IMG/VR virus record: IMGVR_UViG_3300036770_002724
Span: 32,001 to 96,000 of that record
Length of the DNA: 64,000 bases
Reading direction: 5' to 3' (one strand)
From: a virus
This document shows positions 37,501 to 45,397 of this stretch, in pieces (within the stretch, counting starts at the first letter, position 1; the number at the start of each line of letters is the position of its first letter). Position numbers and translations under genes: made by a program. The notes below the pieces were generated by a model. It did no database searches and was not told the DNA's origin. It worked only from the letters and a program-made list of their open reading frames with translations.

Positions 37501-37579
37501 GCTGCTGAACGGCCCTCCTATCTTCCGGGTTGGGGTCTCGTTCCTTTCACGTTGGCGCAAAGCGAGTTCGATTCGCTTC

Positions 37580-37655
37580 CCGAGGTCTTTCCTCGTTTTG
37601 CCTTTTTTCCTGTGGTTCTCGGGACTTGCGTCTTCTTCGTTGGGCTTGATGGCGT
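37580..37655 (+). repeat. 76-bp exact direct repeat, copy 2
   Basis: Identical to 34447-34522. Confidence 0.95.
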
Positions 37656-37678
37656 AACGGAGGATCGACTAAACGGCT

Positions 37679-38497
37679 TTACCGAAGAGCCGACCGGATG
37701 TAATCCATCCACACGTCGTCGCGCGCCCACTGGGTCGCTTGGATGTCGATGCTCTTGAGATCAATGCCTTTGCGAGCGACATAGGCGTCGACCCGGTCGA
37801 GATTCAACAGTTTGTCGTACAGCTTGCCCGTGACGAACGCTTTGGCTTGTCGCTCTACTGAAGACCCTTCAGGGTCGGCCTTGAACCCCAGCGGCGTCAC
37901 TCCGCGCTCTACGTCTGAGAGAGCGCGGTCCATCGCAGGGCGAACCTCGCGGTCGAAGTACTCTCGCACTAGGTCGTCCACCTTGCGCTGGGTGTCCGTC
38001 TTGAGTTCCTCGACCCACTGTTCCAAGGCACGGGCGTTTTCATCTTCGCGACGGGACATCTCCCGCTCGATCTTGTTGTATTCTTGGTGGGTCACCCGGT
38101 TGATTTCGTTCTTCTTATCCAGTGCCCGGATCAGTCCTGCGTACTCACGAGCCCCACCTACTTCCTTGAGGTTTCCATCCGTCACCCGCCACATGGACAC
38201 TTCCTGTTTGTCCGTGTCGTACACCCATAGGTATTTCCATTGAGGCCCACTTCGGACGCGGATCTCTCGGGCGCCGGGTCCGCCGACCTCGGGCTCTTCA
38301 GCCGTGTCTCCGGCCAGGCTTCCGGAGTGCGTGGACAGGACGTATTTCGTTCCTGCGACGGTCTCAGTGTGCGTGTTCCGCACGAAGGGCCGGATCGGGA
38401 TGATGTCCACGGCAGTTTTCAGAAGGGGCAACAGGTGGGGGCGAAGCTCAGGCTTGGCGTGGGCCAGCCTGATGACCTTGGATCGTAGGCTTGCCAT
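37679..38497 (-). CDS. Hypothetical protein carrying the N-terminal tag
   Basis: MASLRSKVIRLAHAKPELRPHLLPLLKTA. Confidence 0.8.
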   Translation of the reverse strand: MASLRSKVIRLAHAKPELRPHLLPLLKTAVDIIPIRPFVRNTHTETVAGTKYVLSTHSGSLAGDTAEEPEVGGPGAREIRVRSGPQWKYLWVYDTDKQEVSMWRVTDGNLKEVGGAREYAGLIRALDKKNEINRVTHQEYNKIEREMSRREDENARALEQWVEELKTDTQRKVDDLVREYFDREVRPAMDRALSDVERGVTPLGFKADPEGSSVERQAKAFVTGKLYDKLLNLDRVDAYVARKGIDLKSIDIQATQWARDDVWMDYIRSALR

Positions 38498-38506
38498 GTG
38501 ATTCGC

Positions 38507-39079
38507 TCAGGGTGCATGGAGGTGGATCTGGATGGTGATAAGCAGGTCTTTTGCGAGTTGCTCGTTGATCGTCTTTCGCATCCGGTCGAACCGCATTTCG
38601 GCAATTTCGTAGTGACCTGTGGGGTCAACGTCGTCGAGGTATTTGCTAAGGTTCGTTATCTCTCCCTTCTCGAACACCTGAAAAAGCTGTTTGAGTGGAA
38701 GTTTGATGCTTGGGTCTTGGCTCAAGAACGCGATGTAATCGCCACCCCACTTGTTCTTGATATAGTTCAAGAGTGAGGTGTCCAGATTAGCGTCGAGTGG
38801 TCCATCCACATTGAAGTCGTACCCCATGAAGTATGACTCCTCCACCCGGCGTTTCCCTGTTTCTTTGACGTACTTCCTGAGCCACGGGCTCTTCCTCATC
38901 TTGGCGAGAGCCTTTTGGTAGAGCCCTTCCATTTTCGGGTTCTGGCGGGTGGGCTTGGACACGTCATACCAGGACATGTCGTATATCGACGTCGACGCTT
39001 CTTTCAAGAGGGGCAGCAAGTGAGACCGAAGCTCAGGACGCTGGTGCGCGAGGCGGATGACCTTGGATCGTAGGCTCAT
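38507..39079 (-). CDS. Hypothetical protein carrying the N-terminal tag
   Basis: MSLRSKVIRLAHQRPELRSHLLPLLKEA. Confidence 0.8.
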   Translation of the reverse strand: MSLRSKVIRLAHQRPELRSHLLPLLKEASTSIYDMSWYDVSKPTRQNPKMEGLYQKALAKMRKSPWLRKYVKETGKRRVEESYFMGYDFNVDGPLDANLDTSLLNYIKNKWGGDYIAFLSQDPSIKLPLKQLFQVFEKGEITNLSKYLDDVDPTGHYEIAEMRFDRMRKTINEQLAKDLLITIQIHLHAP

Positions 39080-39122
39080 ACCCCAAGACGGGGAATAAGA
39101 AGGCTAACGAAAGGGCTGGGGG

Positions 39123-40022
39123 TCAGGGATACCGTCCTCGGCGGTGGTTTTGGACGATCCGCATGGCTTCCTGCTCCGACTTCGCCTTCTCGATGAGTGC
39201 GTACAAGAAGTTCAGTTCGTAAACCGTGATCTCCCCTTTGCGGTAGTCGTCGCTCACGGCATCATACGCGCGACTGTAGGACTTGGCACGTTTCAACAAG
39301 GGGAGGAGAGCAGGTCGAAACTCTGGCTTTTGGTAAGCCAGCCGGACGATTTGGCCTCGAAGGCTAGACGTCTTGCGGATGTTCGGCGTGATCGCCTGGT
39401 GCATCCAGTGCTCCGAGGTCTGGACGTGGCCCGCTCGGACGAACTTCGCAACGTGCTTGTCGAACTGCGACATCGGGAACGCCTTCGCCACCCGCACGAC
39501 GTAGCCCTCTGCTGGAGCCGACGAACTGAACAGGGACTTGAACGGATAGAGCCCCATGATTTTCTTGGTGTCCCACCGTCCGCGCCAGACGACCGGGGCG
39601 TGAGGGATGTCCAACAGCTTCGCCCATTCCTCCACCTCGTCCCAAGGACGAGCGTTGTTGCTCCCGTCTGCGACCCCGAACAATACGAAGTAGTCGGGAA
39701 GAAGGTCATACGCGATGGAGTGCTTGGCGTAGAGGTTCTCCCCCATGAACCGCCAACCATCGGGCGCCCCCATGCAACCGATCTCGCGAGCCTTGCCCTT
39801 GACGTAGTCGCGCGAAGGATGCCCCTTTGATTCCGTGGACCGAGCGTGACATTCGCCTGACGAGTAGATGGTGGTGTTCTCCCCGTCCATCTTCTCAGTC
39901 ACGACGACCTCTTTGCCCTCAAACATCTTCTCGACGGTTTCTAGGCTGTGCGTCTTGTCGTCAGACGTGGATCCTAGAGACCACGGAAGATGGTATGTCC
40001 GAGGGTATTTGGTCTTTGTCAT
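39123..40022 (-). CDS. ATP-dependent RNA ligase (Rnl2-like family) fused to the tag and a small C-terminal domain
   Basis: Start reassigned to ATG 40022 (MTKTKYPRTYHLPWS); motif I TEKMDGENT, GENLYAKHSIAY, FVLFGV, AEGYVVR, AKFVR; then SLRGQIVRLAYQKPEFRPALLPLLKRA. Confidence 0.85.
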   Translation of the reverse strand: MTKTKYPRTYHLPWSLGSTSDDKTHSLETVEKMFEGKEVVVTEKMDGENTTIYSSGECHARSTESKGHPSRDYVKGKAREIGCMGAPDGWRFMGENLYAKHSIAYDLLPDYFVLFGVADGSNNARPWDEVEEWAKLLDIPHAPVVWRGRWDTKKIMGLYPFKSLFSSSAPAEGYVVRVAKAFPMSQFDKHVAKFVRAGHVQTSEHWMHQAITPNIRKTSSLRGQIVRLAYQKPEFRPALLPLLKRAKSYSRAYDAVSDDYRKGEITVYELNFLYALIEKAKSEQEAMRIVQNHRRGRYP

Positions 40023-40169
40023 GGCTCGTCTTAGCCGGGTTATCCAAGAAATAACGGAGCCCCCAGCGTGTACACAGGAGGGCTTGGTGCGACGTGTGAG
40101 GGGGTGATTTTTTTTGTCTGGAACCGTGTCCGTTTTGAGTAGTGCCTTGCAGGACGAAAGGACGGACAG

Positions 40170-42608
40170 ATGCACAGCAAGTTCGCACTCCACAACCTCA
40201 AGGGAAACCCCACGACCTACTACTTGGTCGAGTCCGAAGCGGTCTCTGCGCCGACGACTCCGGGACCGAAAGCCAGCCACCATATCGCGATCCTCGATGT
40301 GTCGGGATCCATGTACGGGGACATGGAGGCTGTTCGTTCGACCGTCGAGAAGGTCTTTACTGCACAGGAGTTCAATGACCCCTCTCAGTTGATCTCCCTC
40401 ATCACCTATTCGTCGAACCCTGATTGTCGGGTTCACTTCAGCCGCATCACCGTGGCAGATGTTCTTGCTCCAGGCAGCCTTCCGCTACGGGAGATCCGCT
40501 CGCTTCATACGCGCGGTTTGACCTGCATCTCCCAGGCACTTGAGGCTGCCGAGGAGTTGATCCACGACGACGAGATCACCGCGATTTCCCTCCACTCGGA
40601 TGGCTACGCGAACGATCCGTCGCCCTTCGCGGAAAGCCAGCGGTTGCTCCAGGCCGCACGGGAGATTGCGGCTCACCCTAACGTCTTCTGCAACACGGTC
40701 GCGTATCGCTCTTCTTGCGACTTCGCTCTCCTCACGGCGGTAGCGAACCAGCTTTCCGGCAAGTGTGTTCAGGCAACCTCCGCCAAAGGCGTCTACGATG
40801 CCCTGGTCGATTCCCAGAGACTTCTTGGTGGTCGCGTAGCTCCCACGGTCGAGGTGGGGCTGGGCTCTGCTGACTTCGTCACGTTCGTCTCAAAGAAGGC
40901 TCGCAAGATCCTTGGAGGCACCGCATCCCTGATGGTCCGGGGGCTTTCGGCAGATGACGACATGACGGCTTACAGGTATCGGCGCGTTGATGAGGCGGCT
41001 TACGCGGCCTCCCCCGCTTCCGAGAACGATCTGGATGCTCTCTTGGCTTTTTGCCGGTCGAACATCGCCCTGGGCAACCTCAATCCGGCCAAGTACGCCA
41101 TGATCACCACTCGGATCCCTGACCTAATCGGGCCGCACGTCCGAGCGATGGTCAACGCGGAGGTAGCCTCTTGGGCGCTTGCCGTCGAGACCCTGCTGTT
41201 CCGCGACCTCACGACTCCCGTTCACCAGAGCCCTTCCTATGGGCTCTCGGGGGCATCCACGAACACCCTGGCTGTCTTGGATGTGCTTGCGAAGCACAAG
41301 GGCTCGTTGCGGGTGCATATGCCCACCCTGCTGGACGGTTACAAGCGGCGAGGGGTGAAGAGGATTCCGGGCACCCGTGAGTCGGATGGTTCCGTCACGA
41401 AGCCGGACTTCTCGACCAAGCTCCGGTCCAAGGAGGAGTGGGTTCCGGTCTCCGGGGTCGAGATCAACCGAGACACGGCCACCGTCAATCTGCGTCTGGT
41501 GCAGGATGTTGACCTCGTGGACTCCGCTGGGACGGTCATCCCAGAGGTGGCAGGCATCAAGCTCGATCTCAAGGACTTCAAGAACTACACGCTCGTGTCC
41601 GACGGACAGGTCAACGTCGGGCGTCTACAGGTGAGGACATCCGATAAGCGGTGCTTCTCGGATCTCAAGTCTCTGGGGGTCGCTCAAGGGGACTTCGACC
41701 CCAATCAGGGGTCCGAGATCCATCTTGCGGATCTCCCGTTGGTCGATTACGACCGTCCGGTCGGCAGCATCACGGCACAGGGGTATGACCGGCTTCTGAA
41801 GCTCACGGTCCTTCAGAAGATCCTGAACGGCATTTCCGGTGAGGCGTCTGAGGTGTTCACGTCTGAGCAGATCGTGGAGTTGAAGCGGCACTACCTCACT
41901 CCCGCTCTGTACTTCAGCCCTCCCACGACCACGGCCCATGCGGACTTGAAGGCTGCGCTGGCGGCAGGCGAGGTCGATGTTCGGACCTCGTACAAGGTCA
42001 AGATGGGCATCCCGTCTATCCGCTCTGTCGCAGAGCTTTACTCGGGCAACGCTTATCTCCAGCGGAGGTTCACGTTCACGGGGGAGGACGGTAAGGCTGC
42101 TGAGAAGCCTCTCCTTTCGATGTTTTCCCAGAAGGGGGTCTGGGGTATCAAGGCGCTTTCTTCTCGTACCAAGCTGGATGAGATCGACGCCTTGACGTAT
42201 CCGATCTACGCCGAGGTCTTCGGTCTCGACTCGACGGGTGCCCTCAAAGACCTTCTTTCTTCTATCGGTGTTGATTCGACGTCCGTGCTGGATGCCTTGG
42301 CTCATCGGGTCACGGCACCAGACAAGGTGGGCGAGGTTCTTCTCGGGGTCTCTCGGCAAGTGGACGCCGCTATCGAAGCGATCTACTCCGAAGACATCAT
42401 CCCGCTGGCCTTCTACGTTGGGGCCACGGGGCTTGTTCCAGATGCTCTTGGGGCCAAGGCCATGACGCCGGATGACTTCGTTTCGAGTCATCCGGCGGTG
42501 AAGCTCTCCAAGGATGAGAAGGAGGCGATGTTCTATGCTCTTCCTGGGGGTCTTGTCCTGAGCGTTTTCACTTCGGCGGAGCACTTCACGACGGATACGG
42601 CAAAGTGA
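40170..42608 (+). CDS. vWA-domain protein (812 aa)
   Basis: MIDAS pattern AILDVSGSM, GLTCISQAL, LHSDGYAN; long uncharacterised C-terminal region. Confidence 0.8.
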   Translation: MHSKFALHNLKGNPTTYYLVESEAVSAPTTPGPKASHHIAILDVSGSMYGDMEAVRSTVEKVFTAQEFNDPSQLISLITYSSNPDCRVHFSRITVADVLAPGSLPLREIRSLHTRGLTCISQALEAAEELIHDDEITAISLHSDGYANDPSPFAESQRLLQAAREIAAHPNVFCNTVAYRSSCDFALLTAVANQLSGKCVQATSAKGVYDALVDSQRLLGGRVAPTVEVGLGSADFVTFVSKKARKILGGTASLMVRGLSADDDMTAYRYRRVDEAAYAASPASENDLDALLAFCRSNIALGNLNPAKYAMITTRIPDLIGPHVRAMVNAEVASWALAVETLLFRDLTTPVHQSPSYGLSGASTNTLAVLDVLAKHKGSLRVHMPTLLDGYKRRGVKRIPGTRESDGSVTKPDFSTKLRSKEEWVPVSGVEINRDTATVNLRLVQDVDLVDSAGTVIPEVAGIKLDLKDFKNYTLVSDGQVNVGRLQVRTSDKRCFSDLKSLGVAQGDFDPNQGSEIHLADLPLVDYDRPVGSITAQGYDRLLKLTVLQKILNGISGEASEVFTSEQIVELKRHYLTPALYFSPPTTTAHADLKAALAAGEVDVRTSYKVKMGIPSIRSVAELYSGNAYLQRRFTFTGEDGKAAEKPLLSMFSQKGVWGIKALSSRTKLDEIDALTYPIYAEVFGLDSTGALKDLLSSIGVDSTSVLDALAHRVTAPDKVGEVLLGVSRQVDAAIEAIYSEDIIPLAFYVGATGLVPDALGAKAMTPDDFVSSHPAVKLSKDEKEAMFYALPGGLVLSVFTSAEHFTTDTAK

Positions 42609-42612
42609 AGTC

Positions 42613-42655
42613 CCTTGGGACACCGACCTGATCGAAATCAGGTCGGTGTCCAAGG
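42613..42655. terminator. Hairpin between convergent genes
   Basis: 15-bp perfect stem GGACACCGACCTGAT / ATCAGGTCGGTGTCC, CGAA loop. Confidence 0.75.
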
Positions 42656-43165
42656 CACAACGTCATCGGACAACGCCGCTCGTTCCTCGGGTCTCAGATC
42701 GCGCGGGCTCCCCTCTCCCCCGTAGACGATCAGATCGTTCTGGGGATGGCGGACTTCGGCCAAGACGGTTCGCCGGGCCAAGGCCCGAAACAGGTCGGGC
42801 GTCCCGCAGGACGACCCTCCGGTGTTGCAGCCCAAGTAGATCACGACCGGGCTCGTTTCGATGATCTCCAGAAGACCTGGGGACTTCCAGTTGACCGGCC
42901 AAGCCAAGAAGGCTACGTCCGGTCTTTCCTGACGGCGAGCAGTCGCCTCAAAGTACTCGGTTCGGACGACCAGTTCCGGAGGCTCGCGGGAGAAGACCCC
43001 GAGGTTCATGGGCGTCCGGTCTATCGCGACCACCTGGGAGGCGCCCATGCCCAGGAGGGCTCTCGTGTGCGTAAGGTCGCCTGCTCCGAGATCCCAGACG
43101 GCTCGGTTCCAGACGAAGTTTGCGACGACCCGCTCCATCTCGCGGGTCAGTGAGCCGTAGGGCAT
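42638..43165 (-). CDS. Small class I SAM-dependent methyltransferase-like protein
   Basis: SD AGGAGG before ATG 43165; VWDLGAGD motif I, VVAID motif II, DVAFLAWP motif IV region. Confidence 0.65.
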   Translation of the reverse strand: MPYGSLTREMERVVANFVWNRAVWDLGAGDLTHTRALLGMGASQVVAIDRTPMNLGVFSREPPELVVRTEYFEATARRQERPDVAFLAWPVNWKSPGLLEIIETSPVVIYLGCNTGGSSCGTPDLFRALARRTVLAEVRHPQNDLIVYGGEGSPRDLRPEERAALSDDVVPWTPT

Positions 43166-43326
43166 AGCCCCTCCTTGTGCCCTCCAGAGAGGACGCCTCA
43201 AAACCCGTACCCTTTGGGTAGCGGGCTTTAGCCCCGGAGCCGGACAACGAAACAGCCCCGGGACTTCATCAGGTGGGAGGCGAGATGTCGAGGCGCCCTC
43301 CCGGGAGGGCACAAGGCCCTCTGATA

Positions 43327-43545
43327 CTACCGGGGCCGGACCAGCCGGTAGTACTCGGTCGTCTTGTCTGCGGCGTCGGTGACGCGCATGAAGCGGGCTC
43401 CCGGCCCGCTCTCATACTTGTCGTCCGCCGCGAACTCCAGGGTCACCATCTGACCCTGGAAGGCGCGGGGGACATCCCAGCGCCCCTCCGCCACCTTGGC
43501 GGGGACGGTCTTAGTCGCCTTGTAGTTGAAACCGTTGACCTTCAT
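43327..43545 (-). CDS. Hypothetical protein (72 aa)
   Basis: ATG 43545 abuts the 42-bp element with no SD, suggesting a leaderless or short-leader transcript. Confidence 0.55.
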   Translation of the reverse strand: MKVNGFNYKATKTVPAKVAEGRWDVPRAFQGQMVTLEFAADDKYESGPGARFMRVTDAADKTTEYYRLVRPR

Positions 43546-43585
43546 GCCATAGCTACTCGTGACCGAGCCCGGTTTAGCCACAAAA
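43544..43585 (-). promoter_or_regulatory. Conserved 42-bp element, copy 2
   Basis: 36/42 identical to 22137-22178. Confidence 0.6.
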
Positions 43586-43648
43586 CGACAGACGCTTCCC
43601 GAATTCCCACGGGGGTCTCGCTTTTTGTTCAATGCACTCAATCAAGTG

Positions 43649-43984
43649 ATGAGCACCCTACGTTCCAAGCTGATCCGACTGGCTCGCCAGCAGCCTACCC
43701 TTCGCCCGCACTTGCTGCCCCTACTGAGGGAGGCTTCTTCTATGGATGATGATCTGGAGTTGTCGGTCTATGAACTCTTTCCCCGCCCCGAGACTGCTAG
43801 GGCTGAAGCTGAGATCCGAAAAGAAATCGACGACGCCGTCATGGCTACCGTCAAATCCTACAAGAACATCGAAAAACTGATTAAAAAGTACAGCCACCTG
43901 GGCACGGAAGACACCGAGTCTCGGAAGCTGATCTGGGACGACTGGGAAATCTCTATGGAGAAGGCCCTTCGCGGAAAGATGTGA
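43649..43984 (+). CDS. Hypothetical protein carrying the N-terminal tag
   Basis: ATG 43649: MSTLRSKLIRLARQQPTLRPHLLPLLREA. Confidence 0.8.
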   Translation: MSTLRSKLIRLARQQPTLRPHLLPLLREASSMDDDLELSVYELFPRPETARAEAEIRKEIDDAVMATVKSYKNIEKLIKKYSHLGTEDTESRKLIWDDWEISMEKALRGKM

Positions 43985-44024
43985 CGGACGCTTCCCACAC
44001 GGGTTTGCGGGAGAGGGTTCGACC

Positions 44025-44666
44025 GTGGGTATTCTACGTTCCAAGCTGATTCGACTGGCTCACCAGCAGCCTCATCTGCGGCCCGATCTGTTGCCCCTAC
44101 TGAGGGAAGCGGGATTTGCCAGGCGCGCGGTGGATACCACCTATGAGACGAAGCTGCTTCCTCCTGTCCTCAAGACCGTATTGGGCGGTCTAGGCTTCCG
44201 GAAGCGTCTGGTCAACGTGAGGGTGAGCACCCAGTATTCGATGGCTTCTCCAGGTAACGAGGGCAGCCGGGGTTTCTTCGGTATGGTCAGCTTGAATCCT
44301 CCCAAGCTGGTCGGGTCCATCCAGTACGGTAACTGGGGCGGAGGCGGCTTGGGTAAGCCTTCCCCTGTGGACACGGATACGACCTCCCGTTCTCTTGCTG
44401 ATGGGATGGTCGTGGTCCAGGGTCAAACCGGGGGCTACGTTTACGTCAATCTCGTGATGACCCCGGAGACCTTTGAGTTCATCCAACAGGATCCCCGGAT
44501 GCCCCGGAAGCCCCAAAAGAGCCTTCTGCCGGTCTATGTCCTGAAGAATCACAATGGGGTCGAGCTGGCCCGGCATACGGACATCCGAAAGCTCACGGAT
44601 GAGATGTTGCGCTACGAGATGCAGACCGGAAATCCGACCCGAATCGAGATTCTTCAGGACTCGTAA
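44025..44666 (+). CDS. Hypothetical protein carrying the N-terminal tag
   Basis: GTG 44025: MGILRSKLIRLAHQQPHLRPDLLPLLREA. Confidence 0.8.
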   Translation: MGILRSKLIRLAHQQPHLRPDLLPLLREAGFARRAVDTTYETKLLPPVLKTVLGGLGFRKRLVNVRVSTQYSMASPGNEGSRGFFGMVSLNPPKLVGSIQYGNWGGGGLGKPSPVDTDTTSRSLADGMVVVQGQTGGYVYVNLVMTPETFEFIQQDPRMPRKPQKSLLPVYVLKNHNGVELARHTDIRKLTDEMLRYEMQTGNPTRIEILQDS

Positions 44667-44674
44667 GCCGTAGG

Positions 44675-45043
44675 TCAAGTCTCTTCCTTTGGTTTGATCG
44701 GGGGGCAGCACCCCGTCTCAGTCCACCACCAGTCCACGACCTCCAGATCGAGCTTATCCCAGATCCACTCGGGAAGCTCGGGCAGCGAGTCGTAGGCGAA
44801 CCACTCCTCGCCTCCTCTCGTCCGTCCGCGTCGCAGTCGCTCGTGGAGCATCCCCTCCAGGTGCCCTTGATCCTTGAGCACCAGGATGATTCTTAGCTTG
44901 TAGGGGCTTCCCGTCTGAAGCTGCTTGAGGCGACGCTCCGGATCCCTCGACCGACCGATCTTCACGGCCCCCGTCGTATGGCTCTGGATGAGGTAGAGGT
45001 GAACCCCGGGTGTCGGGTTCTGTGGGGGGCTGGTGTATCGCAA
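44675..45043 (-). CDS. T5orf172 / MUG113-type GIY-YIG-like nuclease
   Basis: LYLIQ..GAVKIGRSRDPERRLKQLQTGSP..E..LH....GEEWF. Confidence 0.8.
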   Translation of the reverse strand: MRYTSPPQNPTPGVHLYLIQSHTTGAVKIGRSRDPERRLKQLQTGSPYKLRIILVLKDQGHLEGMLHERLRRGRTRGGEEWFAYDSLPELPEWIWDKLDLEVVDWWWTETGCCPPIKPKEET

Positions 45044-45118
45044 CTCGGGGGCCTTTTTGGGGGACCGGCTATCGTCATTTTACCCTGATGGTTTTTTCAG
45101 GTTCGGGTATGTAGAGGC

Positions 45119-45397
45119 ATGACAAGGCTTCAACTCGTCAAGCTGGCAAGGCAGAGGGGCATCAAGGGGGCGTCGAAGATGCGAGTCGACGAACTCAAGT
45201 ACCATCTGTCCGATAACGGGGTGTTGCCCCAGATCCCCGAAGAGGATACGGTAGTGGAGGACGAAACGCCTCGTCCTCCTGAGATCACGATTCGACTGAA
45301 CACTCCGATGTTCCGGCACCGTCCTGTCCTGATGGCGTTCGCGGAGCTTGTCATCGCCCTCAAGGAAGCCGAGGAACTGGGCATCATCGAGACATGA
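45119..45397 (+). CDS. Small protein with Rho N-terminal-like (HeH) domain
   Basis: MTRLQLVKLARQRGIKGASKMRVDEL. Confidence 0.65.
   Translation: MTRLQLVKLARQRGIKGASKMRVDELKYHLSDNGVLPQIPEEDTVVEDETPRPPEITIRLNTPMFRHRPVLMAFAELVIALKEAEELGIIET

Noticed and set aside
37561-37585. GTTCGATTC T-loop-like sequence next to repeat copy 2, suggesting a tRNA att site
   Set aside because: The flanks do not form a canonical T stem, and no acceptor, D or anticodon arm could be built.
37518-37758. Short ORFs spanning repeat copy 2 on either strand
   Set aside because: They read the duplicated neck-gene 3' end in other frames and lack start context; likely non-coding.
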